Assembly: GCA_964491115.1 (NCBI GenBank)
Contig: CAZBEW010000002.1
Coordinates: 62 to 64,061 of the forward strand
Source of the DNA: an uncultured Pseudomonadales bacterium
GTDB taxonomy: Bacteria > Patescibacteriota > Microgenomatia > UBA1400 > PJMF01
Reading direction: 5' to 3'
DNA length: 64,000 bases
In this document: piece by piece, positions 44,405 to 54,074 of the stretch
Numbering within the stretch: position 1 is the stretch's first letter
Layout: each line of letters starts with the position of its first letter
The notes under the pieces: generated by a model
Databases searched by the model: none
What the model saw: only the letters and a program-made list of their open reading frames with translations
What the model was told of the DNA's origin: nothing
Translations under genes and position numbers: made by a program

Positions 44405-45064
44405 ATGGAAGGCGGATCAAGCTTAGGCGCTGGTGCTAAAAGCCAGTTAACTAGTAGTGGTGGTTTTCGTCAAACTTTTGGTGGTAGTATTACTGAAGAA
44501 CATTTAGACGAAGCCGCCGCCGCCGCTGGTGGGCAAAACAAACAGCTGGCTCAGCAAGGAAGCGTGTTGGGCCAACAAGGCGCGCTGCAAGCGGCGGCGG
44601 CCAGTCAAGGAGCTGGTGAAACCGCTTTAGCCCAAACTCCCGAGAAAACTGCTGCTCAAGCCAGGTCGGTAGGAAATTTAAATCAAGAATTGCTTAAGCG
44701 TCCCGCGAAAGACATCAAAGACTCGTTGCAGGCAATGTTGAGTATTAATCGGTTATTAAATATTCAAGCCAAAACCCCAGAAGAGCAAGCTAAACAAAAA
44801 ACAATAGCAAGTCGTTGGCAACAACTTACTGCCGACGAACAAGCCGAAGCTCAAGCTGTTTATCAACGAGAATTAGCTAAAAAACGGCAAGAAGAGCAAG
44901 AAAAAGAACAGTTAGCTCAAGAACTTGAAGCTCAACAAGCCCAAGAATTACCCATACCAAAAGGTCGAGAAACTGGTTTTAAAGGTTTCGGTGGTATGTC
45001 TGGTTCTCAAAAATCTCAAACTATTTTACAGCGTCAGCGCACTACTTTGACTGGAGCAGAGTAG
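44405..45064 (+). CDS. low-complexity Gly/Ala/Gln-rich hypothetical protein
   Basis: Follows previous ORF by 3 nt; disordered-looking composition (GGSSLGAGAKSQLTSSGG..., QAAAASQGAGE...). Confidence 0.4.
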   Translation: MEGGSSLGAGAKSQLTSSGGFRQTFGGSITEEHLDEAAAAAGGQNKQLAQQGSVLGQQGALQAAAASQGAGETALAQTPEKTAAQARSVGNLNQELLKRPAKDIKDSLQAMLSINRLLNIQAKTPEEQAKQKTIASRWQQLTADEQAEAQAVYQRELAKKRQEEQEKEQLAQELEAQQAQELPIPKGRETGFKGFGGMSGSQKSQTILQRQRTTLTGAE

Positions 45065-45090
45065 TTTTTTAATGTTAAAATAAATTATTC

Positions 45091-46623
45091 ATGAAACTTT
45101 ACAACACTGCTTCGCGATCGATAGAAGAATTGCAAACTATAGAAGAAAACCTGGTTAAACTTTACGCTTGTGGGCCAACTGTTTATGATTACACTCATCT
45201 AGGTCATTTACGTAAATATGTTTTAGATGATCTTTTAATTCGCACTCTCCGTCATGCTGGTTATGAAGTTAAACATGTGCAAAATATCACTGATGTGGGA
45301 CATTTGGTTAGTGACGACGATGTGGGAGAAGATAAATTAGAAAAGGGAGCTAAAAAGTTTGGCACTAGTGCCGAAGCAGTGGCACGACGCTTTGAAGATT
45401 ACTTTTTTTATAGCATGGATTTATTGGGTGTTTTACGTCCCAGCCTTAGTTGTCGAGCTACTGATCACATTCAAGCTCAATTAGAAATGGTTTTAGCTTT
45501 AGAAAAAAAAGGCTTAACTTATGTGATAGACAACGAGGGCGTCTATTTTGATACAAGCAAAATAGACGATTACGGTAAATTAATCAATAAAGACCCAGTT
45601 TTGGCTAAGCAAATTTTAACTGCCCAGCGTGAGGGGCAAAGAGTGGAGAAAGTGCCGGGTAGAAAACACCCCACCGATTTTGCCCTATGGAAATTTGAAA
45701 AAGCTGGAGAGAATCGGCAAATGGTCTGGCCAAGTCCATGGCACGAGCGCAGTTTTCCTGGCTGGCATATTGAATGTAGTGCCATGGCTTTAGAACATTT
45801 GGGAGAACAAATTGATATTCACACTGGTGGCAAAGAACACATTAATATTCATCATACTAATGAAATAGCTCAGTCTGAAGCAGCGACTGGTAAGAAACCT
45901 TTTTCTCGTTATTGGGTGCATCATAATCACTTGTTTGTTGATGGTCAAAAAATGAGCAAGTCTCTCAATAATTTCTACACAATTGATGATGTTATTGAGA
46001 AAGGTTTTTCGCCTAAGGCTTTACGCTTGTTATTTTTAATGAGTCATTATCGTAGCGAACAAAATTTTACTTGGGATAGTTTAAGTGCTGCACAAAAGGC
46101 TTATTTAAAATTAGCGCGTTTTGTTTTAAATTTGCGGGCTAGTGAACGCAATAAGGAATTAGAATTAAGTGATTTTCCAGCGGCTCTACAATTACATCGA
46201 GATTTTTTTGCCGCCTTAGAAAATGATTTGAAAAGCAATGAGGCCTTAACCGTAGTTTGGGAGCTGTTAAATAGTGCTTTTGATACCGATATCTTATATC
46301 GATTAATTATGGAATTTGATCAAGTCTTGGGTTTGGGTCTAGCTGCTTTAAACGAGGAGAATTTTTTAGAGACAGTTAATAATTCCTTGGCAAAAGGCAT
46401 TATTGATCAAGATTTTGCTCATAGTTTGGGCCTAAAACGAGATGTTCTCGCTTTGGCAGATTTACCCAATTCTATTCAAGAATTAATTAAACAAAGACAA
46501 ATTGCTAGGCGAGCTCAAAATTTTGCTCAGGCAGATGAATTGCGTGAGCAATTAAAAAATCAGGGTTACGAAATCTTAGACGCTGAAAACGAAGAATTAT
46601 TGATCAGAAAAATTAAGCATTAA
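45091..46623 (+). CDS. cysS: cysteinyl-tRNA synthetase
   Basis: CGPTVYDYTHLGHLRKY (HIGH), KMSKSLNN (KMSKS), anticodon-binding C-domain. Confidence 0.92.
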   Translation: MKLYNTASRSIEELQTIEENLVKLYACGPTVYDYTHLGHLRKYVLDDLLIRTLRHAGYEVKHVQNITDVGHLVSDDDVGEDKLEKGAKKFGTSAEAVARRFEDYFFYSMDLLGVLRPSLSCRATDHIQAQLEMVLALEKKGLTYVIDNEGVYFDTSKIDDYGKLINKDPVLAKQILTAQREGQRVEKVPGRKHPTDFALWKFEKAGENRQMVWPSPWHERSFPGWHIECSAMALEHLGEQIDIHTGGKEHINIHHTNEIAQSEAATGKKPFSRYWVHHNHLFVDGQKMSKSLNNFYTIDDVIEKGFSPKALRLLFLMSHYRSEQNFTWDSLSAAQKAYLKLARFVLNLRASERNKELELSDFPAALQLHRDFFAALENDLKSNEALTVVWELLNSAFDTDILYRLIMEFDQVLGLGLAALNEENFLETVNNSLAKGIIDQDFAHSLGLKRDVLALADLPNSIQELIKQRQIARRAQNFAQADELREQLKNQGYEILDAENEELLIRKIKH

Positions 46624-47366
46624 AAATTGCAATCAAGATCTTTTAATTCGCCACACCTTTCTCTAATAGATAAATAGCCTTTTTTTGAAACGATTAAGTG
46701 GTCAATTAAATTGATGCCCATGGCTTCGGCTAAGTTGGCTAATTTTTTGCTCACTTGGAGATCGTTTAGTGAAGGTTCTAAATTACCAGATGGATGATTG
46801 TGCACTAAAATTAAATTGCTGGCTTGCAATTGGAAGGCTGTTTCAAAAATTTCTCGACCCTCTAAATAGTTAAAATTTAATCCACCAATCGTGATAATTT
46901 TTTTGAGTAGTACTTCTTGTTGTCCATTGAGAAAAAAAGCCAAACAATATTCTTGTTTTTTATTAATTAAGGAAGTGCAATGGTGATAAACCTGCTTGGG
47001 TGAGTGGAGTGGATTAGTGATTGACTCTTGAATGCTGCGGCGACCTAGTTCTATGGCAGCAATGATTTTACAAGCTTGGGCGAAACCCAAGCCTAAAATG
47101 TTCTGCAAATCTCTGAGTAGTTGTTGCTCTTTTTGAAAATTTTTTAATAAAAAAATTTCATGCCATTGAGAGAGAGGAATCTTTTTTAAAATTTGCTTAG
47201 CTAAACTTAAAACTGGTAGATTTTTATGACCATGATTAAGAATAATGGCAAGTAATTCACTATTATCTAGACTATCTGTTCCAGAGTAATACAATTTTTC
47301 TCTGGGGCGGTAAATGGCTAGCTGATTATTTTTCTGCTTATTATTAGATTGTCGATTATTATCCAC
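46620..47366 (-). CDS. radC: RadC-like JAB/MPN domain protein
   Basis: LILVHNHPSGNLEPSLNDLQVSKKL...GINLIDHLIV (H-x-H-P-S-G ... D JAMM motif); N-terminal HhH-like region. Confidence 0.8.
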   Translation of the reverse strand: MDNNRQSNNKQKNNQLAIYRPREKLYYSGTDSLDNSELLAIILNHGHKNLPVLSLAKQILKKIPLSQWHEIFLLKNFQKEQQLLRDLQNILGLGFAQACKIIAAIELGRRSIQESITNPLHSPKQVYHHCTSLINKKQEYCLAFFLNGQQEVLLKKIITIGGLNFNYLEGREIFETAFQLQASNLILVHNHPSGNLEPSLNDLQVSKKLANLAEAMGINLIDHLIVSKKGYLSIRERCGELKDLDCNF

Positions 47367-47399
47367 TAATTCAGTTTAAGTTGGGTAATTGACAAAAGA

Positions 47400-47470
47400 G
47401 TGACAAAACCAGGTTTGAGTGTGGGAGCGAGTCTTTGTTTTCTTGAGTGAGGATTTATCTTCTTGAGTGA
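47400..47470. repeat. short tandem repeats cttgagtgag(g/t)(a/c)t(c/t)tat x2 downstream of tgt
   Basis: gtcatcttgagtgaggatttatcttcttgagtgagtctttatctcc; read directly. Confidence 0.45.
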
Positions 47471-47474
47471 GTCT

Positions 47475-48608
47475 TTATCTCCTCAATGCTTCAATTAATA
47501 ATTGAAAAGTACGTAAATTATGTAGAGTGGCCAATCGCCAGGCACTACTATCTTTAACCTGAAAAAGATGGCGTAAATAAGCCCTATTTATCTGTGTATT
47601 TATGCAGATTGGACAATCACAGTGTTCATTAATTGCTGATAAATCATGCTGATAACGACCTTGCCCTATATATAAATAGTCAAAAACTTTTTCTAATTGA
47701 TTTTTTTCAGCCAAGTCTTTTAAATCTTTAGCCCTTAATTCTTGCGGATTAGTTTTAAAAATATATAGACGTTCGTGTCGTGCGTCACGGGTGGGGAGGA
47801 CGCAATCAAAAAACTGATAACCCATAAAAAAGAGCCGAACAATGTTTTCCAAACTGCCCACGCCCAGAGCAAAACGAGGCTGGTTGTTGGGAGTTAATTT
47901 AGCATTAAATTGGCAGAGTTGATAATCAAATTGACCTTGTTTATCTAGAGGCCAACCACCTAAGCCATAAATGTCGAAGCCAATCTCCAGCAGGGCATCG
48001 GCACAATAGCGGCGCCATTTTTGATGATTAAGACCTTGAATTGGGGCAAGCAGTAGGGGGCGAGGCCGAACTTCTTTTTGGCGCGCCTGGAGTTCTTGCT
48101 CAAATTGATCTTTGGCGCGTTTCGCCCAGGCAATAGTTCTTTTAACACTTTTCTCCAGGCGCGCTTCATCAGCATCTGGAGGACTAAAATCATCCAAAAC
48201 AATTTTAATATCACTGCCAATGGCAAACTGCAAACGGATTGATTCTTCTGGAGTGAATAAATTTTTCTTTTGTTTCTTAGGTCCAGTATATAAAACAACC
48301 CCCTCATCAGTAATTTTGCCTAAGTGTGGATTTTTGTGAATGAGAGAGTAGAGTTGAAAGCCGCCAGAATCGGAGGCAAGAAATCCCGACCAATTCATTA
48401 ATTTTTTCAAACCGCCGACTTTTTTTAAAGCTAATTCTCCTGGCTGATTCATCAGGTGAAAGGTATTAACCATTAGCCACTCTAAGCCAACACTTTGCAA
48501 GTCCTCAGGACTTAAACTGCGCACCACGCCCAAGGTAGCATCGGGCATAAACACCGGCAGATCTCTTAGTAAGAGTTGTGAACTATTATCAACAACAAAT
48601 TTGTTCAT
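47475..48608 (-). CDS. tgt: queuine tRNA-ribosyltransferase (tRNA-guanine transglycosylase)
   Basis: FMPDAT, DSGGFQ, C-terminal zinc site CDCPIC...H. Confidence 0.85.
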   Translation of the reverse strand: MNKFVVDNSSQLLLRDLPVFMPDATLGVVRSLSPEDLQSVGLEWLMVNTFHLMNQPGELALKKVGGLKKLMNWSGFLASDSGGFQLYSLIHKNPHLGKITDEGVVLYTGPKKQKKNLFTPEESIRLQFAIGSDIKIVLDDFSPPDADEARLEKSVKRTIAWAKRAKDQFEQELQARQKEVRPRPLLLAPIQGLNHQKWRRYCADALLEIGFDIYGLGGWPLDKQGQFDYQLCQFNAKLTPNNQPRFALGVGSLENIVRLFFMGYQFFDCVLPTRDARHERLYIFKTNPQELRAKDLKDLAEKNQLEKVFDYLYIGQGRYQHDLSAINEHCDCPICINTQINRAYLRHLFQVKDSSAWRLATLHNLRTFQLLIEALRR

Positions 48609-48674
48609 CAGGCATATTTTACTTGATCAAGTATAATAAAGCTAAAGAAATTATTTGTCAGGCGAAAGGTAAAA

Positions 48675-48881
48675 ATGCCAAGCAAGAAAAAACCCATCAA
48701 ACGTTTAACTCGCTCTAAAACAGACAATATCGTTGCTGGAGTAGCGGGCGGTTTAGCTAATTATTTTGAGATAGATCCAGTGTTAGTGCGTCTCATCTTA
48801 GCTTTAACTTTTATTCCTGGAGGGATTCCTGGTTTATTAATTTATATTATTGCCTGGATAATAATGCCGCTAGAAGATTGA
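48675..48881 (+). CDS. PspC-domain small membrane protein
   Basis: RSKTDNIVAGVAGGLANYFEIDPVLVRLILAL...IYIIAWIIMP is the PspC N-terminal domain signature. Confidence 0.7.
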   Translation: MPSKKKPIKRLTRSKTDNIVAGVAGGLANYFEIDPVLVRLILALTFIPGGIPGLLIYIIAWIIMPLED

Positions 48882-48974
48882 TACTTAGAATTAATGCTTA
48901 GAAAATAATAAGCAAAAACTAAACTTTCTAGACTGTAACAATTCTTAATAATTTTCAATGCTACAATAACTGCC

Positions 48975-50108
48975 ATGAGTCAATTATCAATTGGTATCGT
49001 TGGTTTGCCCAATGTTGGTAAATCAACTTTGTTTAACGCTTTACTGAAAAAACAGGTGGCGCTGGCCGCCAATTATCCCTTTGCCACGATCAAGGCCAAT
49101 GTGGGAGTGGTGGAAGTCCCTGATGAGCGTTTACAAGTTTTAGCCGACATTACCCATCAGGCTGAAAAATTAACTGCTTTGCCACCAATTAAACACGCTT
49201 TGGTGGAATTTATTGATATTGCTGGTTTAGTTAAAGGCGCATCTCAAGGAGAGGGCCTGGGCAATCAATTTTTAGCTAATATTCGTGAAACTCAGGCGAT
49301 TTGCCATGTGCTGCGTGCTTTTGATGATCAAAATGTCTCAAGAGAGAGCAGTGTTTCTCCCATTGAAGACTTACTGACGATTCGGACTGAATTGCAGTTA
49401 GCTGACTTAAATACACTCGAGAAACAAAGTCCGCCAAAGGGTTCATCTAGTAAAGCCGAACAAGAGCGTTGGTCGATTATTGAAAATTTCAAAAAAAGTT
49501 TAGAACAAGGGCAAAATGTTTTACCAACTGATGCTCAAACAAAGAAAAACAACTTTAGTTTAAACGAGGCTGAGGCCTTAGTTGCTCAAGAATTATGTAT
49601 GTTAACGGCTAAGCCAGAAATTTTTGTGATTAACGTTAATGAAGGGGATTTACTTAAAGCTCCCATGTTGCAGCAAGAGTGGGCTGTGCAACTCAATTTA
49701 TTACCTGAACAAATAGTCATTATTTCTGCTCAGATTGAGAGTCAGTTGGCAGTTTTAGACAAGGATGATCAGTTGGCTTATCTTCAAGACCTAGGTTTAA
49801 CAGAAAGTGGTTTGGAGCGCTTGGCAAAGGTTGCTTATGACACTTTAAATTTACAGAGTTTTTTAACGGCTGGTGAAATTGAGGTGAAGGCTTGGACAAT
49901 TACCAGGGGCATGACGGCTCGGCAAGCAGCAGGCGTCATTCACAGTGATTTTTATGATAAATTTATTAGCGCAAAAATCATTGGTTTTGCTGATTTTGTG
50001 AGTACTGGTGGCTGGCAAGGAGCTAAAGAAGCAGGAAAAATTCGTCAAGAAGGTCGAGACTATATTATGCAAGATGGTGACGTGGTGGAGTTTATGATTG
50101 GCCGCTAG
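48975..50108 (+). CDS. ychF: ribosome-binding ATPase YchF (Obg-family GTPase)
   Basis: G1 GIVGLPNVGKSTLFNAL, ANYPFATI, VEVPDERL, C-terminal TGS domain (IHSDFYDKFISAKII). Confidence 0.9.
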   Translation: MSQLSIGIVGLPNVGKSTLFNALLKKQVALAANYPFATIKANVGVVEVPDERLQVLADITHQAEKLTALPPIKHALVEFIDIAGLVKGASQGEGLGNQFLANIRETQAICHVLRAFDDQNVSRESSVSPIEDLLTIRTELQLADLNTLEKQSPPKGSSSKAEQERWSIIENFKKSLEQGQNVLPTDAQTKKNNFSLNEAEALVAQELCMLTAKPEIFVINVNEGDLLKAPMLQQEWAVQLNLLPEQIVIISAQIESQLAVLDKDDQLAYLQDLGLTESGLERLAKVAYDTLNLQSFLTAGEIEVKAWTITRGMTARQAAGVIHSDFYDKFISAKIIGFADFVSTGGWQGAKEAGKIRQEGRDYIMQDGDVVEFMIGR

Positions 50109-50269
50109 TTTTCTAGACTATAGTCTTCCAGATTAAATAAATCAAAGGTATAGCGCATTTTTTGCTTGTAATTTTCAAGATTTTATACTAAAATACCCTC
50201 TGAGTTCGCTAAATTTATTAATTATCCAAAGAAAAATTTGTTATCCGGCAATTTTTTCTGCGAACTAGA

Positions 50270-50668
50270 ATGGAACAGATGAATTTGGTCAAAAATTCTA
50301 GCCAAAGAAAATACGAAGTAACATACCTGGTTACAGGTGATCTTTTAGATGCTGATGTAGCAAAGATCCGTAAAGAAATTACTGATCTGATTGTTAAGCT
50401 GAAAGGTAAGGTTCTTGAAGAAGAAGATTGGGAACGCAAGCTCTTAGCTTACAAAATCAATCATAATGGTCAAGCTCATCATGAAGCAATTTTCACTCAT
50501 TTGCTGATTGAATTACTCCCAGAAAAACTAAAAAAATTAAATAAGGAGCTTGATTTGCATCGACAAATCATGCGCCATCTTTTGTTAGTTAATGAGGGTG
50601 ATAAGCCTGTAGAAAAGCCAGCTGTGGAAAAGAAAGCAAAAGCAGCAGACAAAACTGAAACAAAGTAA
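50270..50668 (+). CDS. rpsF: 30S ribosomal protein S6
   Basis: RKYEVTYLV...EDWERKLLAYKIN pattern of S6; first gene of the rpsF-ssb-rpsR unit. The start may be the internal Met at 50282. Confidence 0.75.
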   Translation: MEQMNLVKNSSQRKYEVTYLVTGDLLDADVAKIRKEITDLIVKLKGKVLEEEDWERKLLAYKINHNGQAHHEAIFTHLLIELLPEKLKKLNKELDLHRQIMRHLLLVNEGDKPVEKPAVEKKAKAADKTETK

Positions 50669-50758
50669 GCAATTAATAAAATATAAGGGATTTTGTCAAT
50701 CAAAAAGTAATAATAAGATATTGTTAATGAAATAACTCTGTGATGGAGAAAGGAAAAA

Positions 50759-51268
50759 ATGTCAGTAAGATCTTTAAATAAAGTCATGTTAATTGGAAAT
50801 CTAACGAGAGATCCTAATTTAAGATTTACTCCCAATGGTACAGCCGTCTGTTCGTTTGGTTTAGCTACCAATCGTTCTTGGACCAGCAATGATAGTGGTG
50901 AAAAGCAAGAGCGAGTTGATTTTCATAATGTTGTTGCTTGGGGTAAATTAGCTGAAATCTGTGGTCAATTACTCCACAAGGGTGATAAAACTTATGTAGA
51001 AGGGCGCATTCAAAATCGTGATTGGAAAACCGAAGAGGGAGCTGAGCGTCGCATCACTGAAGTTGTGATCGACAACATGATGCTCTTAAGTAGTCGAGGA
51101 GGATATGCGGCTGATAATGTTGAAGGCGAAGAACAGCCTGATAAAAAAAGCAAAAGCAAATCAAGAGCTAAAAAAGATGAAGAAGAACTCGACTCTGAAC
51201 TAGAAGAAATCGCGCCAGCAACCGAGGGCGAAGAAGTCGAAGATGTCAGTGACGACATCCCTTTTTAA
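50759..51268 (+). CDS. ssb: single-stranded DNA-binding protein
   Basis: NKVMLIGNLTRDPNLRFTPNGTAVCSFGLATNR...WH.VVAWGKLAE OB-fold; acidic C-terminal tail ending DDIPF. Confidence 0.9.
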   Translation: MSVRSLNKVMLIGNLTRDPNLRFTPNGTAVCSFGLATNRSWTSNDSGEKQERVDFHNVVAWGKLAEICGQLLHKGDKTYVEGRIQNRDWKTEEGAERRITEVVIDNMMLLSSRGGYAADNVEGEEQPDKKSKSKSRAKKDEEELDSELEEIAPATEGEEVEDVSDDIPF

Positions 51269-51291
51269 CAAACTAGATAAGGAAAGAATTA

Positions 51292-51468
51292 ATGAAACAA
51301 CAGTTTACTTATAAAAATCCAGATACCCTTCGTAAGTTTATTACGCCTTATGGTTCTATATTACCTCGAAGTAAAACTGGCTTAAGTGCTAAAGAGCAAA
51401 AAAAACTTAGCAAAGAAATCAAAAGAGCGCGTCATTTAGCTCTTTTACCGTTTACGCAAACGATGTAA
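51292..51468 (+). CDS. rpsR: 30S ribosomal protein S18
   Basis: 58-aa ORF (below the ORF-track threshold): ...[42 protein letters not shown] matches S18 (L.KFISE.GKI.P.R.TG.SAK.QR.L..AIKRAR.LALLPY). Confidence 0.8.
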   Translation: MKQQFTYKNPDTLRKFITPYGSILPRSKTGLSAKEQKKLSKEIKRARHLALLPFTQTM

Positions 51469-51489
51469 TTAATTTGTTAATACTAAAAA

Positions 51490-51514
51490 AGCTAGTTTTT
51501 AACTAGCTTTTTTA
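51490..51514 (+). terminator. Rho-independent terminator after rpsR
   Basis: agctagtt-ttt-aactagct 8-bp perfect stem followed by ttttt; an A-run upstream could make it bidirectional. Confidence 0.65.
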
Positions 51515-51530
51515 ATGCCTAAGTTTTACA

Positions 51531-52877
51531 ATGGTTTCCCAGATGCCTAATATCGATCATACTGTGGAAGAATTTACTCAATCTATAGAAACCAATATGC
51601 CTAGAGAAAAACAAAACATTTTCAAAAAAATCATCAGCGTAATTGTGGCCTTATTAATCCTAGTTTTAGGTATTGTTCTTGGCTATCGTTACGCAATTGG
51701 CGCTTTACCGATTAAACTAAAGCTAGGATTTTTAGATAAAATCGGATTTTCCCAACAGAGAGAGGATTTTGCGCGCTTAGTGAAGAGTTCTGAACAAAAT
51801 GCGCCAGTTTCCATGGATGTTTTTTGGGAAGCTTGGCAGATAGTCGAACGCGACTATATCGATCCAAGCAAGGTTGATTACAATAAAATGATTGATGGGG
51901 CTATTCAAGGCATGGTTTGGGGGCTTGAAGACCCTTATACAACCTATTTATCTCCAGCAGATAACGAAAAGGCAGGTGAAGATTTGGCAGGTAGTTTTTA
52001 TGGGGTTGGTATTGAACTTGGTTATATTGATGGGGTAGTAGGCGTGATTGCGCCACTCGCTGGTAGTCCTGCTGAGAAAGCGGGAGTCAAAGCTGGAGAC
52101 ATGATTTTGCAAGTCAATGATGCAGTAGCCAATTTAAACGAAGAAACTAGTGGTTGGACTTTAGACGAAGCGGTCCAAAAAATTCGTGGGCCAAAGGGGA
52201 CAAAGGTGAGTTTAACTTTGCGTCAGCCAGAAGAGAGTGAGAATCGAGAAGTGGAAATTGTCCGTGATGAAATTATTGTTGAGAGCGTGGTTTTAGACTT
52301 TATTACTCAAGGTGATAAATCAGTAGCTCATTTAAAACTGAGTCGCTTTGGTGATCGTACTCAAGGTGAGTGGGATGGGGCAGTGACAAAAATTCTTGAA
52401 AAATGGCACAAAAATGAAATCCAAGGCCTAATTTTTGATTTGCGTAATAATCCCGGTGGTTATCTTGATGCATCGATTAGTATTGCGAGTGATTTTGTTA
52501 AGTCGGGAACCATTGTGTCGCAGAAGAGCAAATATAGCCAAAAAGCTTATTCTAGCTCAGGTCGAGCAAAATTAGAGCAGGTGCCAACAGTTGTTTTAGT
52601 CAACAAGGGTAGTGCTAGCTCTAGCGAAATTGTGGCCGCGGCTTTGCGAGACGACAAGGGTATTAAGTTAATTGGTGAACAGACTTTTGGTAAAGGAACT
52701 ATCCAAGATCGACGTGAATTAAGCAATGGCGGTGGTTTACACGTCACTATTGGCCGCTGGTTAACGCCCAAGGGTGATTGGATCAACGACAATGGTTTGG
52801 CTGTAGATATCGAGGTCGCACAAGACTACGAAACCGAAGCCGATGAGGTTCTAGATCGGGCTATTCAAGAATTTTAA
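51531..52877 (+). CDS. ctpA: carboxyl-terminal processing protease (peptidase S41) with PDZ domain
   Basis: N-terminal TM, PDZ (GVGIELGYIDGVVGVIAPLAGSPAEKAGVKAGD), S41 catalytic region LVNKGSASSSEIVAAAL ... DRRE. Confidence 0.85.
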   Translation: MVSQMPNIDHTVEEFTQSIETNMPREKQNIFKKIISVIVALLILVLGIVLGYRYAIGALPIKLKLGFLDKIGFSQQREDFARLVKSSEQNAPVSMDVFWEAWQIVERDYIDPSKVDYNKMIDGAIQGMVWGLEDPYTTYLSPADNEKAGEDLAGSFYGVGIELGYIDGVVGVIAPLAGSPAEKAGVKAGDMILQVNDAVANLNEETSGWTLDEAVQKIRGPKGTKVSLTLRQPEESENREVEIVRDEIIVESVVLDFITQGDKSVAHLKLSRFGDRTQGEWDGAVTKILEKWHKNEIQGLIFDLRNNPGGYLDASISIASDFVKSGTIVSQKSKYSQKAYSSSGRAKLEQVPTVVLVNKGSASSSEIVAAALRDDKGIKLIGEQTFGKGTIQDRRELSNGGGLHVTIGRWLTPKGDWINDNGLAVDIEVAQDYETEADEVLDRAIQEF

Positions 52878-52905
52878 AGACTATTTAAACTATTTAATTT
52901 TTTGC

Positions 52906-52990
52906 TAATTTCTTGGCCCAAAATTGATTGTTTTCCTTTAATTTCTTGGCCCAAACTTGATTGTTTTCCTTTAATTTCTTGCTCCGAAAT
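52906..52990. repeat. 33/34-bp tandem duplication (x2 + partial third) between convergent ctpA and prfA
   Basis: taatttcttggcccaaaattgattgttttccttt / aatttcttggcccaaacttgattgttttccttt / aatttcttgctccgaaataatt; read directly. Confidence 0.6.
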
Positions 52991-52992
52991 AA

Positions 52993-54006
52993 TTATTTTT
53001 CTCGAGTTAAATAAGCTCTAAATTGAGCAATCACTTCATCTAATTTGCCTTCAAGAATTTCACTTAAATTATGCCAAGACTGTTTAATGCGATGGTCGCT
53101 TAAGCGATTTTGCGGAAAATTATAAGTTTTGATCTTTTCTGCTCGCATATTGCGACCAATATTTTTTCTCGCAGCACCGACGGCTGCCTGTCTCTTTTCT
53201 TCTTCAATTTCCCAAAGCTTAGCCCTTAAGATTTCTAAGGCAATTTGCCGATTTTGCGTCTGTTTGCGCTCACTTCTAGCTACCACCACAATTCCGCTGG
53301 GGATATGGGTTAAGCGCACTGCAGAGCTAGTTTTATTGACCGATTGTCCACCTGCGCCACTAGCGCGCATAAATTGTAACTCTAAGTCTTCATCTCTAAT
53401 TTCAATAGTTCTCGCATGAATTTCTGGTAAAACAGCGACTGAGGCAGTTGAGGTGTGTAATCTACCTTGAGCTTCAGTGACTGGTACTCTTTGTACTCGA
53501 TGCACTCCAGCCTCATAGCGCAAAACAGCAAAAGCACCCAGTTCTTCTACTTGATCAGTTTTAAGTAGTTCTTCAACTCCCTCATTATCGATTATTTGAA
53601 AAACTGGTAGCTCAGTTTTACCTTTCACTTTAAAAACTAAATCGTCAATGAGTTCAATTTGCAAATGGTGATCAAGACAAAATCTTTGATACATGCGCAT
53701 TAATTCATGTGCCCAGATTTTTGCTTCTTCACCTCCAGCTCCAGCGCGAATTTCCACAATGGCATTAGACTGGGCAACATTAGTTGTCAAATCTGCTCCT
53801 TCTTGATTGTTTCTGTCTTCAGCTAAAGCGGCTGCAGCTTGTTCCAAACTGGTTAATTCTTTTTTAATTTGCTCAATTTCCTCTAGAACTAACGCTTGCA
53901 TAGCCGAATCGGCAAAACTTGGGTCAGCCAGTAAACTTTGATTTTTCTGAAGTTTTTCTTGATATTCTGCAATGGCAGCTTGGTAAGGATTATTATTTTC
54001 AGTCAT
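52993..54006 (-). CDS. prfA: peptide chain release factor 1
   Basis: Tripeptide anticodon HRVQRVPVTE (PxT = RF1-type, not SPF), GGQ in RASGAGGQSVNKTSSAVRLTHIPSGIVV, and TYNFPQNRLSDHRI. Confidence 0.85.
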   Translation of the reverse strand: MTENNNPYQAAIAEYQEKLQKNQSLLADPSFADSAMQALVLEEIEQIKKELTSLEQAAAALAEDRNNQEGADLTTNVAQSNAIVEIRAGAGGEEAKIWAHELMRMYQRFCLDHHLQIELIDDLVFKVKGKTELPVFQIIDNEGVEELLKTDQVEELGAFAVLRYEAGVHRVQRVPVTEAQGRLHTSTASVAVLPEIHARTIEIRDEDLELQFMRASGAGGQSVNKTSSAVRLTHIPSGIVVVARSERKQTQNRQIALEILRAKLWEIEEEKRQAAVGAARKNIGRNMRAEKIKTYNFPQNRLSDHRIKQSWHNLSEILEGKLDEVIAQFRAYLTREK

Positions 54007-54074
54007 ATTTTTTATTTAATTATAGCGAAAAAGCCCTCCAATAGAGTGGCTGAATTTAATAAAAAGGGGATGAG

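Noticed and set aside
50109-50140. agactatagtct palindrome after ychF as terminator
   Set aside because: The stem is only 5 bp with a 2-nt loop and no following T-run, so it is too weak to call.
52993-54006. Release factor initially considered as RF2 (prfB), and the possibility of an alternative genetic code (UGA sense, as in some CPR lineages)
   Set aside because: The tripeptide motif is PVT (RF1-type) and the protein aligns with RF1 blocks (TYNFPQNRLSDHRI). TGA terminates many well-conserved genes here (for example topA and the DUF2779 gene) with no C-terminal conserved sequence lost, so the standard code 11 fits.
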